Part shown: one piece after another, positions 38,104 to 48,882 of the stretch
Position numbering within the stretch: position 1 is the stretch's first letter
Layout: every line of letters begins with the position of its first letter
Assembly: GCA_963751275.1 (NCBI GenBank)
Contig: CAVVTZ010000011.1
Coordinates: 374,925 to 438,924 of the forward strand
Length of the DNA: 64,000 bases
From: an uncultured Gemmatimonadaceae bacterium
Lineage (GTDB): Bacteria > Gemmatimonadota > Gemmatimonadetes > Gemmatimonadales > Gemmatimonadaceae
Direction: 5' to 3'
The notes under the pieces: generated by a model
What the model saw: the letters and a program-made list of their open reading frames with translations, nothing else
Told to the model about the DNA's origin: nothing
Databases searched by the model: none
Program-made: the position numbers and the translations under genes

Positions 38104-39736
38104 TCAGCGCTTGATGCGGAAGCCGCCGTCCTCGTGTTCGAATATCCATACGGCCATACGGGACGGGACGATGGCGGTGTCACCGCCGATCCAGTTCCTG
38201 GCGGCCGCGGAGCCTGTGCCGGCCGGCTTGGGCTCCGCCGCGATCGTCGCGGCGCGCTTCACCCACTGCGCGAGGTTCGACGGACGCAGGTCCACCCAGC
38301 CGCGCGGCGCGATCTCCGCGCCCTTCGCGCCCGGCGGCACGACCACCACTTCGCCGCGCAGCACCGACAACCCATCACTCAGCAGGATCGGAATGCCCAC
38401 CGACAGGATGACCTTGCGCAGCGCCGGGTCCTGTTCGCGCACCAGCCGCTCGGCGCGCGCCGCCGCGCTCGCGGGATCCGCGGCGGCGAGGTCCTTCACG
38501 GAGGCAAAGAGCTTCGAGAGGATATGCCCCTCGTACAGCAGCTTCGTGAGGCGCGGCGGGCCGAGCATCTCGAAGCCGATCGATCGCACGCCGTGCTCGC
38601 GCTCGAGCGCGTCCAGCGCCTGCACCGCGACCGAGCGGAGATAGCCGCCGCGGTAGGTCGGGCCGAACGTCGCGCCATCGAGCGCCGCGATCACGTCCTT
38701 CCCGGTAGGCGCACCGCGAAGCTCCATGATCACGGCGTCGGCGAGTTCCTCCGCCGTGACGATCTCCATCTGGCCGAGCGACGTCACCGTCTCGAACTCC
38801 TCGCGCGCGAAGACGCCGTTCTCGCCCATGGAGATATAGGCGCTCTCCAGCGGCTGCCCGGTGCGCGTCCAGCCGCGCGCGCCCGGCGTGAACGCATCCT
38901 CCACCTTCATCGGCCGCTCGCAGTCCACCATCTCGATCGTGCGCCCGCCGCGCTTCACCGGCCCGTACGTAGATGTCGCTCCATCCGATCGCCGCCGTCG
39001 GCTTGATCTCCACCGTGTTCGGCGCGCCGGGCGTGCGTCCCTGCAGGAAGAGGATCATGCTCTGCGCGCCGGCCACCGCGGTCTTGGCCAGCAGCGTGCG
39101 CGACGGCTTCTCCTCGCTGTGCGTGTACGGGATGTTCAGTCCCATCCCGCCGGTGCCGCTCGTTCCGATCTTCACGTACGCCTGCGTGCCGGCCCGCCGC
39201 ATCCCATCCGAGAGCGCTTCCTGGTGGCGCACGAGCTGCGGCACGGAGAGCGTGAGCAAATGCCGCTCCACGGTCTCGCGGTCGACATGGCCCGCGTCCG
39301 CCGCCGAGAGCAGCCGCTGCGCGCTCGCGAACCCGTCCTGGTACGCGACCGCGGTCGCGGTGTTCACGCAGTCCACCACCACGCCGGGGCGGTGCGTCGT
39401 GAGCCAGTTGTGGAGCACGTTGCGCTCGAGCGAGACGGCGGTGGGCGGGCCGAGCATGTCATCCACGAGTTCGCGCCGCGCGGTCGCGTCGGCGAGCACG
39501 TCGTCGCGCGGGCGTTCCGCGAGCGTCACCGTGTGGAAAATGTTGCCCCAGATCGGCGTGAGCGTTGTCTTCCCCGCGTGCGGCTCGAGCGCTCGCACCG
39601 CCGCCTCCGCCTCGTGCCGCCAGAGTCCGGCGATGATGATCTGTTTCGGAGCGAAATCCAGCAGGCGGCGCGCCACGGCGAGCCCCACCAGTCCGCTGCC
39701 ACCGAGGATCAGCGCCGTCGAATCACGCAGTTCCAT
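38104..39736 (-). CDS. Large NAD(P)-binding SDR-like protein (frameshift ~38965)
   Basis: N-terminal [11 protein letters not shown]ossmann motif; [32 protein letters not shown]. Confidence 0.65.
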
Positions 39737-40457
39737 GCTTCTCCCGTTTCGGCTCGCGCGCGAGCGCAGAGATGATGTCCAGTTCCTTGGACGTGAGCGC
39801 CCGGCACTCGCCCGGCTCCAGATCCCCCAGCGTCACCGGCCCGAAGCGCACGCGCACGAGGCGCTCGACGAACAAGCCGAGCGCCTTGCACAGCCGGCGC
39901 ACCTCGCGATTCCGCCCCTCGGTGATGGACACGGTGAACTCCCAGCGCCCGCCGCCGAGCGCGTCGGCCCGCACATCGTTCACCTTCACCAGGCCGTCAT
40001 CGAGCATCACGCCGCGCTTCGCCTGCACCACGGCCTTCCCCGCGTCGCCCGTGACCGTGGCGACGTACGTGCGCTCCACTTCGCGGCTCGGGTGCAGCAG
40101 CGCGTGGATCGCCGTGCCGTCGTTCGTGAGCAGCAGCACGCCTTCGGTGAGATAGTCGAGGCGCCCCGCATAGGTGAGGCCGGGGATCTTCGGCACGAAC
40201 TCGAAGATCGTGCGCCGCCCCGACGGATCGCTCCGAGTGGTCATGACGCCCGACGGCTTGTTGAGGACGATCCACTGCGTATGCGCCGGCTGTTTCACGG
40301 TGGTGCCGTCCACCATGATGGTGTCGGCGGCCGGGTCCACGATCTGGCCGAGCAACGCCGTCGCGCCATTCACGCGCACGCGCCCCGCGGCGACGAGCTC
40401 CTCCGCCTTCCGCCGCGACGCGACACCGGCGCGCGCGAGCGCACGCTGGATGCGCAT
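39723..40457 (-). CDS. rluB: RluB/RsuA-family pseudouridine synthase
   Basis: S4 domain ASRRKAE, LNKP, GRLDYLTEG, EGRNREVRR. Confidence 0.92.
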   Translation of the reverse strand: MRIQRALARAGVASRRKAEELVAAGRVRVNGATALLGQIVDPAADTIMVDGTTVKQPAHTQWIVLNKPSGVMTTRSDPSGRRTIFEFVPKIPGLTYAGRLDYLTEGVLLLTNDGTAIHALLHPSREVERTYVATVTGDAGKAVVQAKRGVMLDDGLVKVNDVRADALGGGRWEFTVSITEGRNREVRRLCKALGLFVERLVRVRFGPVTLGDLEPGECRALTSKELDIISALAREPKREKHGTA

Positions 40458-40459
40458 CG

Positions 40460-41011
40460 TCACGGCGACAGCACCTCGCGCGGCTCCAGGCGCAGCGCGA
40501 TGGCGAGCTCGTCCGCGCGCGGCAGCTCGCCCAGGTGGCGGAGCGCGAATTGCTCCAGGAAGAGCGGCGTCGTGCCGTACAGCAGCGGGCGGCCGAGTCC
40601 CTCGCCGCGCGCGACGACATCGATCAGCCCGCGCTCGAGGAGCGTCTTGAGCATCCCGCCCACCGACACGCCGCGGATCTCCTCGATCTCCAGGCGGCCG
40701 AGCGGCTGGCGGTACGCGATGAGCGCGAGCGTCTCGAGCGCCGCCGCGGAGAGACGGTGCGGCCGCGCCGCGAGCTGCGCGCGCTCGATCGTCTCGGTGT
40801 ACTCGGCGCGCGTCAGCACCTGCCATCCGCCGGCGAGCTCGACCAGCTCCACGCCGTGGCCGCCGGTCTCATAGCACTCGCGGATCTCGTCGAGCGCCAT
40901 CGCAATGGCGGCCGGCGACGCCTCGGGATCCAGCAGCGCGAGCTCGTCGGCCGGCACGGGCCGGCCGCTCGCGAACAACGCGGCTTCAAGCAGCCTGGCC
41001 AGAGGCGACAC
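40460..41011 (-). CDS. scpB: Segregation/condensation protein B
   Basis: LEAALFAS, LSAAALETLALIAYRQP, GRPLLYGTT. Confidence 0.95.
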   Translation of the reverse strand: MSPLARLLEAALFASGRPVPADELALLDPEASPAAIAMALDEIRECYETGGHGVELVELAGGWQVLTRAEYTETIERAQLAARPHRLSAAALETLALIAYRQPLGRLEIEEIRGVSVGGMLKTLLERGLIDVVARGEGLGRPLLYGTTPLFLEQFALRHLGELPRADELAIALRLEPREVLSP

Positions 41012-41727
41012 GCGCGATCTCCACGGAGGCGAAAGGTTGGCGCTGACGGAGAGTGAGATCCCCGCGGCGCGCGAGTTCGAGCAGCGCGAGCAGACCGGAC
41101 AATACCTGCCACGGCTCAGCGCCGTGCGCGACGACGTCGTACCAGCGGAACCGTTCGCGCAACGCGAGCAGCGCCGCGATCGTCGCCATCGCCCCGTCCA
41201 CATCGAGCACGCGCGGCACGACGTCGTGCAGATCCGGCTCGCGCGCCATCCGGAGCACCCGGTCCACCGCCGAGAGCAGCTCGGCGAGCGAGAGCGCGAG
41301 CGGCCCCGCCGCGGGCGCCGGGTCCATGGGAAGATAGCCGCGGGAGAAGCGATTGCGCCGTTCTTCGCCGCGCCGTTCGAGCAGGTCCACGACCTCGCGC
41401 ATCTGCTGGTACTCGAGCAGCCGGCGCACGAGCTCGGCGCGCGGGTCCTCCCAGTCATCCTCGCCGCCGGGACGTGGCAGCAGCATCTGCACCTTGATGC
41501 GCACGAGGCGCGCCGCCATCTCGAGGTATTCGGCGGCCTCTCCGAGTCCCAGCGCGTGGATGCGCCGCAGGAACTGCTCGCAGAATGCGCGCGATCGGGA
41601 TGTCGGTGATCTCCACCTTCTCATCGCGGATCAGCGTGAGCAGGAGATCGAGGGGACCCGAGAACTCGTCGAGCTCGACGACGAAGGACGGCGGCGCATC
41701 GAACCCGAAAATGCCGGGCGCCGTCAT
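40986..41727 (-). CDS. scpA: Segregation/condensation protein A (frameshift ~41587)
   Basis: FSGPLDLLL, EYLEMAA, DPRAELVRRLLEY, LALLEL. Confidence 0.93.
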
Positions 41728-42398
41728 GACACGCCCAGGAAGAAGGTGCTCAGATGATCGGCGACGAAGTAGGAAGGCACGAACACCCAATTCATCGCCG
41801 ATCCCGTGAAATTGAAGAGCAGGATGAGGATGATGATCCCATAGCGGCCCGCGCGCTCGTACTCGACGGCCAGCTTCGGCGGCAGGAAATGCTTGAGCAC
41901 GTGCGAGCCATCGAGCGGCGGGACCGGCAGCAGGTTGAAGACCACGAGCAGCACGTTGATCGATGCCGCCGCCGAGAAGAGCCGTTGCACCGTGTCGAGC
42001 ACGGGCGCGTCGAGGCCGGCGCGCCGCCCGAACACGCCGATGCCGATCACGATCGCCGTGGACACGATGGCGATGAAGAGATTCATCGTCACCCCCGCGA
42101 GCGACACGATGATGTCGCTCCACTTGGGGTGACGGTACCGGCTCGGATCCACCGGGCACGGCTTCGCGCCGCCGAAGGCCGACTGGCCGTGCGACGCGAT
42201 GAGCATCATCCCCGGCAGGATGATCGTCCACCAGAGATCGATGTGCTTGATGGGGTTGAGCGTCAGCCGCCCGGCGTCACGGGCGGTGGGGTCCCCCTGC
42301 GAGAGCGCGGCCCACGCATGGGCGAACTCGTGCGCCGTGAACGAGAAGAGCAGCACCGGCGCGAGCAACAGTATTCCCTTCAGCGTCTCGGAATCCAA
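41724..42398 (-). CDS. Site-2 protease (M50 family)
   Basis: HEFAH, GRLTLNP, FNLLPVPPLDG. Confidence 0.93.
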   Translation of the reverse strand: MDSETLKGILLLAPVLLFSFTAHEFAHAWAALSQGDPTARDAGRLTLNPIKHIDLWWTIILPGMMLIASHGQSAFGGAKPCPVDPSRYRHPKWSDIIVSLAGVTMNLFIAIVSTAIVIGIGVFGRRAGLDAPVLDTVQRLFSAAASINVLLVVFNLLPVPPLDGSHVLKHFLPPKLAVEYERAGRYGIIILILLFNFTGSAMNWVFVPSYFVADHLSTFFLGVS

Positions 42399-42458
42399 AT
42401 AGGGCTCGGCGGTTTCGGGACACGTGCAACGCGTGCCGCAGGCGCGGGCTCACGGGGA

Positions 42459-42531
42459 AAAGTATGTCCGCGCGCTGCAGGTGTCAAAGCACTGCGGCGC
42501 CTTGACATCGCGCCTCGGCGCCGTGTAGCTT
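42459..42531. promoter_or_regulatory. Back-to-back sigma70 promoters (S2P operon and rpsT)
   Basis: Minus TTGACA-17-TACTTT (42487-42459); plus TTGACA-18-TAGCTT (42502-42531). Confidence 0.7.
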
Positions 42532-42571
42532 TCGCGCTCCGTCAGACCTGCATTTCGCTCTGGAGAACGTC

Positions 42572-42805
42572 GTGCCGAGAATCGCATCCGCCAAGAAGAA
42601 CATGCGCAAGTCGCGAGCCGCCGAGGTGCGTAATCGCGCCCAGCGCGCGGCGCTGCGCACTGCCGTCAAGAAGGCGAGCACCGCCGGCGCCACGCCGGCC
42701 GACAAGCTGGCCGCCGTGAAGCTGCTCGATCGCGCCGCCCGGAAAGGCCTGATCCACCGCCACGCGGCTGCGCGCCGCAAGAGCCGGCTGGCGAAGGCGA
42801 AGTAG
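42572..42805 (+). CDS. rpsT: 30S ribosomal protein S20
   Basis: SAKK..R.RNRAQR..LRTAVKK..LDRAARKGLIH..AARRKSRL. Confidence 0.95.
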   Translation: MPRIASAKKNMRKSRAAEVRNRAQRAALRTAVKKASTAGATPADKLAAVKLLDRAARKGLIHRHAAARRKSRLAKAK

Positions 42806-42832
42806 CTCGGCTCGAGGTCACCGCACCATCAG

Positions 42833-42868
42833 AACGGCCCGGATCGCTTAGTGCGAATCCGGGCCGTT
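42833..42868. terminator. Hairpin between convergent rpsT and ccoS
   Basis: AACGGCCCGGAT/ATCCGGGCCGTT 12-bp stem overlapping ccoS stop. Confidence 0.6.
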
Positions 42869-43036
42869 TGGTTCGTCGGGGGGCCGGTCGACGGGAGGTG
42901 GATCGTCGATCAGCGGCCGGTACGCCGGCGTGGAGAGATCATCGAACTGCCCGGTGCGCGCGCCCCACACGAAGGCGAACACGAAGCCCACGACGAGCAC
43001 GAGGGCGAGCGGCACGAGCACGTAGAGGACGCTCAC
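42848..43036 (-). CDS. ccoS: cbb3 oxidase maturation protein CcoS
   Basis: Short TM protein with FVW...GQFDDL. Confidence 0.9.
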   Translation of the reverse strand: MSVLYVLVPLALVLVVGFVFAFVWGARTGQFDDLSTPAYRPLIDDPPPVDRPPDEPNGPDSH

Positions 43037-45474
43037 AATGCGTCCGCGCCGAACGTGCGGCCCCGCCACGCGATCAGGAGCACCGTGAGCGAACTCAGCG
43101 GCATCAGGATCGCCGCGAGCAGCGGATCCATGCGTCCCGTCATCGCGAGCGCGGCGCCCGCGAGGTTGTAGAGCAGCGAGAATGCGATCGCAATGCGGAT
43201 CAGCCGCATCGTGCGGCGCGCGCCGTCCTCGAGCTCGAGCAGCGGCGCGAGACCCTGCCGCGACAGGAAGACGTCGGCGGCGGCGAGACAGGCCTCCGCG
43301 CCCCCGTGCACACCAATGCCGACCGTCGCTGCCGCGATCGCCACGGCATCGTTCACGCCGTCGCCGACCATCACCACCGCACCCGACGCGCGCGCCCGCT
43401 CCACCGCCGCGCGCTTCTCCTCCGGCGAGGCGCCACCGCGCGCGTCGGCCGCGGGAATGCCGAGCGCGCCCGCCGCCGCGGCCACGACCGCCGGATCATC
43501 GCCGGAGAGGATCGACACCGACCAGCCGCGACGGCGCAGGCGCGCGATGGCCGCGGCCGCGTCCGGCCGCACGGGATCGCCGAACGCGGCGCGGCCGACC
43601 ACCACGCCATCCACCGCGACGAGCACCGGCGTGAGCGCGGCACTCGCCGCGCCCGCGACGCCCGGCGCGTTCTCCGTGCGCGTCGCGATGTACCACGGAC
43701 TGCCGGCCGCCACGCGGCGCCCGCCGACCAGGCCCTCGATGCCGCCGCCGATGGTCTCGCGCACGTTGTCCGCGACGAGCCGCGTGTCCCCCCACGCCCG
43801 TTGCAGCGCGAGCGCGATCCCGTGCCGCGAATGCCGTTCGAGCGCGAGCACGAGCGGCCGCACATCATCTGGGCCCGTCCATTCGATCAACTCCATGCGG
43901 CCGCCGGTGAGCGTGCCCGTCTTGTCGAGGATCATTTGCGCGGGGCGCGCGAGCGACTCGAGCGCATCCCCGCCCTTCACGAGGATGCCGCGCCGCGCCG
44001 CGCGCCCGATCGCCACGGTGATCGCCATCGGCGTCGCCAGCGCGAGCGCACACGGGCACGAGACGATCAGCATCGCGATCGCATTATCGAGCGCGCGCGC
44101 CGGATCGCGGTTCACCCAGTACGCCCACGTGATCGCCGCGAGCGCGAGCACCCCCGCGATGAACGAACCCGCCAACCGGTCCGCGAGGCGCACGATCGGC
44201 GCGCGCCGCCGCGCGCTCTCCGCGACATCGGCGAGCAGCTTGCCGATGCGGCTGGATTCCCCCGTGCCCGTCACCGTGACGCGGATCGGCGCGCCGAGGT
44301 TGACCGTCCCGGCGAACACCGCTGCGCCCTCGGCCACGGCAATCGGACGCGATTCCCCCGTGAGCAGCGATAGATCGAGCGAGGAACTCCCCGCCACGAC
44401 CACGCCGTCGGCGGCGAGCGTGTCACCCGCCCGCACATCCAGCACCGCGCCGGGCAGCACCGCCTCGACCGGCACCTCGCGGATCGCGCCGAGCTGCACG
44501 ACGCGCGCCGTCGCCGGCGCGAGCGAGAAGAGCAGCTCCGACGCATTCACCGCCGCGCGCTGCGCGCGCTGCTGCAGGTAACGCCCCACGAGCAGCAGGA
44601 AGATGAGCGTCGCCACACCGTCGAAGTAGACGGGGCCCGCATCCCGAACGGTGTTGTACGCGCCGCGCAGATAGCCGGCGCCCAGCGCGAGCGCGATCGG
44701 CACATCCATGTTGAGCGTGCGGCTGCGCAGTGCGCCCATCGCGCTGCGGAAGAAGACGCGTCCAGGGCCGAGGATCGCCGGCGTCGTGAGCAGCAGACTC
44801 CACCAGCGGAAATAACGCAGGAACGCCGGATCCATCCCGCCGAACCAACCGGCATAGATCGCGATCGCGATCATCATCACGTTGCCTGCGATCGCCCCCG
44901 CGATGCCGATCCGCGTGAGCGACACCCGGTCCTCGGCGCGCCGCAGTGCCTCCGTGCCGGCACCGCGGAAGGGATGCGGCGTGTAACCGATCCGGTCGAG
45001 GAACCGCGCGATCGCCGAGAGCGTCACGCGCCGCGGATCCCACACCAGGTGCGCGATCGCCCGGCCAATGTCGAGCTCGGCGGCCGCCACGCCGGGGATC
45101 GCGAGCGGGACCTTCTCCACGAGCCACACGCACGACGCGCAGTGGACGCCCGAAAGATAGAGATCGCACTCGACCAGTCCATCCGCGCGCGGTTTCACGT
45201 AGAGCGCGACGAAGGCATCGTGATCGAACTCCTCGAAGCTGCGACCGCTCTCGGCCACCGGTCCGGTGCGCCGCTCCGCGAACCGGTAGTAGTCGTCGAG
45301 CCCGTGCTCGTGGATCAGCGCGAAGGCGAGCCGGCAGCCGCTGCAGCAGAACTGTTCGTGCGCGCCGCGCTCCACGAGGCCCTTCGGCACGGGCAGCCCG
45401 CAGTGCACACAGGCCACCGTGCGCGCCGGCGCAGTGGGCGTGCCGGCACCGCGCTCCCTAACGCCGCTGGCCAT
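43033..45474 (-). CDS. ccoI: Copper P1B-type ATPase CcoI/FixI
   Basis: CVHCG..FCCSGC, HCASC, TGES, CPCALALATP, DKTGT, GDGVND. Confidence 0.93.
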   Translation of the reverse strand: MASGVRERGAGTPTAPARTVACVHCGLPVPKGLVERGAHEQFCCSGCRLAFALIHEHGLDDYYRFAERRTGPVAESGRSFEEFDHDAFVALYVKPRADGLVECDLYLSGVHCASCVWLVEKVPLAIPGVAAAELDIGRAIAHLVWDPRRVTLSAIARFLDRIGYTPHPFRGAGTEALRRAEDRVSLTRIGIAGAIAGNVMMIAIAIYAGWFGGMDPAFLRYFRWWSLLLTTPAILGPGRVFFRSAMGALRSRTLNMDVPIALALGAGYLRGAYNTVRDAGPVYFDGVATLIFLLLVGRYLQQRAQRAAVNASELLFSLAPATARVVQLGAIREVPVEAVLPGAVLDVRAGDTLAADGVVVAGSSSLDLSLLTGESRPIAVAEGAAVFAGTVNLGAPIRVTVTGTGESSRIGKLLADVAESARRRAPIVRLADRLAGSFIAGVLALAAITWAYWVNRDPARALDNAIAMLIVSCPCALALATPMAITVAIGRAARRGILVKGGDALESLARPAQMILDKTGTLTGGRMELIEWTGPDDVRPLVLALERHSRHGIALALQRAWGDTRLVADNVRETIGGGIEGLVGGRRVAAGSPWYIATRTENAPGVAGAASAALTPVLVAVDGVVVGRAAFGDPVRPDAAAAIARLRRRGWSVSILSGDDPAVVAAAAGALGIPAADARGGASPEEKRAAVERARASGAVVMVGDGVNDAVAIAAATVGIGVHGGAEACLAAADVFLSRQGLAPLLELEDGARRTMRLIRIAIAFSLLYNLAGAALAMTGRMDPLLAAILMPLSSLTVLLIAWRGRTFGADAL

Positions 45475-46177
45475 TGGCGGGCATCTCCATGCAATGCGCG
45501 GCAGTGTCGTGCGCGGGCGCCATCGGCGCGAATTTTCCCGCCACGGTGAGCAACCCGATGACCACGAGCGCCGTGGACGTGATCACCGGCAGGCGCGCGC
45601 GCGCCGGACCGAGCGCGCGCTGGACGCCGAGGCCGAGCGCCGCCATCGCCGGCACCGTGCCGAGCCAGAACGCGCCCATCACCGCGGCACCGCGCCAAGC
45701 GGATCCCGCGGCGGCCGCGGTCGCGACGAAGGCGTACAGCCATCCGCAGGGGAGGAGCGGCGTGAGCGCGCCGAGCACGAGCCCCCGCTCCACGCCCGAT
45801 CGCACCCGCGCGAAGCGCATCGCGCGGTCGAGCGCGGCGCGCGCGAACGGCGGCGCGGCGAGTTGCGGCACGCGCACCCCCGCGGCGGCGAGCGCCGACG
45901 CGAGTCCCCACACGATCATGAGCGATCCGGCGACGATCGCCGCCGGCCGCGCGACGCCGGCGATCGTGCCCGCGCGGTCGAAGCCCGCGCCCGCGGCGCC
46001 CGCGATGGCGCCAAGCACCGCATAGGAGAAGAGCCGCGCCCCGTTGTACGCGGCGGTCGCGCGCGCGCCCGCTCCGGCGCCGCCCGACACGAAGCACGCG
46101 AGCCCGCCGCACATGCCCGCGCAATGCGCGCTGCCGAGCAGCGCGGCCACGAATACCAATGCGACGAGCGCGATCAC
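45458..46177 (-). CDS. DsbD_2/TauE-like cbb3 assembly membrane protein
   Basis: GSAHCAGMCGG, YNGAR..SY, LLPCG..Y, FWLGT. Confidence 0.88.
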   Translation of the reverse strand: MIALVALVFVAALLGSAHCAGMCGGLACFVSGGAGAGARATAAYNGARLFSYAVLGAIAGAAGAGFDRAGTIAGVARPAAIVAGSLMIVWGLASALAAAGVRVPQLAAPPFARAALDRAMRFARVRSGVERGLVLGALTPLLPCGWLYAFVATAAAAGSAWRGAAVMGAFWLGTVPAMAALGLGVQRALGPARARLPVITSTALVVIGLLTVAGKFAPMAPAHDTAAHCMEMPANGQRR

Positions 46178-46683
46178 CGCGCGGCGATCGGCGTCGCGGC
46201 GGCGGGCCGGGCCGCCGCGTCTCCATGCAGGTCCGCCGTGAAGTGATCGGCGCCGAGCACGGCATCGATGCGGAATTCCCAGAGCCCATCGCGGTCCAAC
46301 GGCAGCAGTGCCGCATACCGGCCGTCGCCACGCTCCGCGAGCGACGCGCTCACGTGGCGCTCGCCATCCAGATTGCTGATCGCCACCACCGCCACGCGAG
46401 CGCCCGCCACGGCCCCGCCCTTCGCGTCCGTGCAATGCAGCGAGAATTCCGCGCCCGCCGCCGCGCGCGCGCCGATCTCCGCCGAGGCGCTCCAGCCCAG
46501 CCGCCGGTTCGCGGCCTCCTGCGCGATCACGTCGTCGAAGTCCACCGCCTTCCTGTAGTAGTCGGGCTCCACCGCGAACGTCGGATCGCTCGCGGCGGCA
46601 TAGAGCATCACGCCCTGTCCGGCGACGGTCGCGATCAGCAGCGCCGCGACCAGCCACGGCCAGTACCATCCCTTGGTCTTCAT
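46174..46683 (-). CDS. ccoH: FixH/CcoH-family protein
   Basis: WPWLV TM, VEPDYYRKA, LGW; position after ccoG. Confidence 0.82.
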   Translation of the reverse strand: MKTKGWYWPWLVAALLIATVAGQGVMLYAAASDPTFAVEPDYYRKAVDFDDVIAQEAANRRLGWSASAEIGARAAAGAEFSLHCTDAKGGAVAGARVAVVAISNLDGERHVSASLAERGDGRYAALLPLDRDGLWEFRIDAVLGADHFTADLHGDAAARPAAATPIAAR

Positions 46684-48104
46684 CGCGGCGCTCCCGGTGC
46701 GTGCTCCGTCGTTTCATCTTCGCTGGGCCCCCTCAGGCTCCACGCGACCTCGTCCTGGAACGCTCCGCCATCGCTGATCCGGAATCGCACGGCGCGCACT
46801 CCGTCGTGAAAGGCCGACGCGGGGAGCACCACGAACAGCATCGTCGTGGCATTCGCGCCCGGCGCCACCGCGAGCGGCAGTTCCGGCGCGATGATCCTCG
46901 CGCCCGGCGCCCCGAGCAACTCCACCGAATACTTGTGCTCCGCCGACGACCGGTTCGCCACCTTCACGCGCACCTGGTTCACCACCGTACCGTCCGGCGA
47001 TCGCGTGAACGGCTCGCCGATCGCGCCCAGCAGCGTCACGTCCGCCCGCGGCTTCATGCCGAGTGCGGAGAGGAATCCGCCGAACGCGAGCGCGAAGGCG
47101 AGCGGATACAGCACCGTGCGCGGGCGCAGCATGTGCCGCGCGTGACCCGCGAGCGCCTCGCGCGAGGTGTAGCGAATGAGCCCCAGCGGCTTGCCGACCT
47201 TGGCCATCACCGCGTCGCACGCGTCCGCGCACTGCGTGCAGTGGATGCATTCCATCTGCAGGCCGTCGCGGATGTCGATCCCCGTCGGGCAGGTCACGAC
47301 GCACGCGCCGCAGTCCACGCAGTCGCCACGGCGCCCCGCGAGCGGCAGCGGATCGCGCGGCTTGCTGCGCGGCTCGCCCCGGTTCGGATCGTAGGCCACG
47401 ATCAGCGATTGCTTGTCCAGCAGCACCGACTGGATGCGCCCGTACGGGCAGGCGACGAGGCACGTCTGCTCGCGGAAGTACGTGAAGTCGAAGAACACGA
47501 GCCCGGCCGTCACCGCCATCACGAGGAACGGCACGGGATGATCGAAAGGAGACTGCGTGACCCAATGCCGGATCGAGTCGGTGCCGACGAAATACGCCAG
47601 GAAGAGGTTGCCGAGGATCACCGCGAGCACGGCATACACGGCGTACTTGAGCAACCGCCGCGGATGGAGCTTGCCGCGCTCGCGATCGTAGACGCGCGAT
47701 TGGTTCCATCCGCCCTCGAGCAGCCGCTCGAGCGGGCGGAAGAGATACTCCATGTACACCGTCTGCGGACACGCCCACCCGCACCAGACGCGGCCGAAGA
47801 GCGCCGTGAGCAGGAAGATCCCGATCATGATGCTCAGTCCGAGCAGCATCAGCAGCAGCGTGTCGGTGGGCAGGAACGTCGTGCCGAAGAACGTGAACTC
47901 CCGCCGCGGGAGGTCGAGCAGCATGAGCGGCTTGCCGTTCAACCGCAGGAACGGGATCGCGACGAACGCGATCATGAGCCCGTACGCCACGATGCGCCGC
48001 CGGTGCCAGAACTTGCCCGTGGACGGCTTCGGCCGGATCCAGCGCCGGCTGCCGTCCGCGTTCAGGGTGGCGAGAACGCGCTCCGTGGCGACGGGAGCGC
48101 TCAC
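46680..48104 (-). CDS. ccoG: Cytochrome c oxidase accessory protein CcoG
   Basis: GRVWCGWACPQT, CPYGRIQS, CVDCGACVVTCP, CIHCTQCADAC. Confidence 0.95.
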   Translation of the reverse strand: MSAPVATERVLATLNADGSRRWIRPKPSTGKFWHRRRIVAYGLMIAFVAIPFLRLNGKPLMLLDLPRREFTFFGTTFLPTDTLLLMLLGLSIMIGIFLLTALFGRVWCGWACPQTVYMEYLFRPLERLLEGGWNQSRVYDRERGKLHPRRLLKYAVYAVLAVILGNLFLAYFVGTDSIRHWVTQSPFDHPVPFLVMAVTAGLVFFDFTYFREQTCLVACPYGRIQSVLLDKQSLIVAYDPNRGEPRSKPRDPLPLAGRRGDCVDCGACVVTCPTGIDIRDGLQMECIHCTQCADACDAVMAKVGKPLGLIRYTSREALAGHARHMLRPRTVLYPLAFALAFGGFLSALGMKPRADVTLLGAIGEPFTRSPDGTVVNQVRVKVANRSSAEHKYSVELLGAPGARIIAPELPLAVAPGANATTMLFVVLPASAFHDGVRAVRFRISDGGAFQDEVAWSLRGPSEDETTEHAPGAPR

Positions 48105-48679
48105 GGCGAGGCGGGCGCCGCGACCGGCGTGCCCTGCGGCGCCTTCGGGTTCGGCGGATGCGTGCCGTGCAGCGAGACCACGTACGCGGTGAGGGCGTTG
48201 ATGTCCTCCGGGTGGAGCAGCTTCCCCCACTGCGGCATGCCCATTGCGAGCACGCCCTGATTGATCGTGTTGTGGATCTCCACGGGCGTGCCGCCGTGGA
48301 TCCAGTAGTCATCGGTGAGATTCGGTCCGATGAGCCCGCCGGCATCGGGCCGGTGGCAGCTCACGCAGTTCGTCGCGAAGAGCGTCTTCCCCTTCGCGAC
48401 CTCGGCCGGATCCTTTATGATCGCCGCCATCGCCTCCGGCGACACCGTCATCGTGGAGAGATCGGGATGCGCGGCGTTGAACGCCGCCATCTCCTCCGCA
48501 TACATCTTCTGCGGATTCGCGCCGGCGCCCAGGTTGCCGGGCGCGAGATAGTAGACGGGAACGAAGAGGATCGTCGCCCAGAAGAGCAGGACCCACCAGC
48601 GCGGCATCGGGTTGTCGTACTCCTGGATGCCGTCGTACTCGTGCTCCATCATCGGACGGTCTTCACCGGGTCGCGTCAT
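48101..48679 (-). CDS. ccoP: cbb3 oxidase subunit III, short monoheme form
   Basis: HEYDGIQEYDNPMPRWW, single CVSCH, GPNLTDDYWIHG, MPQW. Confidence 0.92.
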   Translation of the reverse strand: MTRPGEDRPMMEHEYDGIQEYDNPMPRWWVLLFWATILFVPVYYLAPGNLGAGANPQKMYAEEMAAFNAAHPDLSTMTVSPEAMAAIIKDPAEVAKGKTLFATNCVSCHRPDAGGLIGPNLTDDYWIHGGTPVEIHNTINQGVLAMGMPQWGKLLHPEDINALTAYVVSLHGTHPPNPKAPQGTPVAAPASP

Positions 48680-48680
48680 G

Positions 48681-48881
48681 TTACCGGCCTCCGGGCTCGC
48701 GCGGTTCTTGGGGTTTGTTGTCGTCGAGCGGCATGCGGCTGTCGCGATCGTACATCGCGCGCCGCGACGGCGCGTAGATGCGGATCACCAGCACGATGAA
48801 CGCCGCGAGGAAGAGGATCATCGCCACGATCGCGTAGCCGGACAGGCCGGCGCCGCTCACGACATCGGCGAGCGACTTCAT
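48681..48881 (-). CDS. ccoQ: cbb3 oxidase subunit IV
   Basis: Small single-TM protein ending MPLDD between ccoNO and ccoP. Confidence 0.8.
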   Translation of the reverse strand: MKSLADVVSGAGLSGYAIVAMILFLAAFIVLVIRIYAPSRRAMYDRDSRMPLDDNKPQEPREPGGR

Positions 48882-48882
48882 C

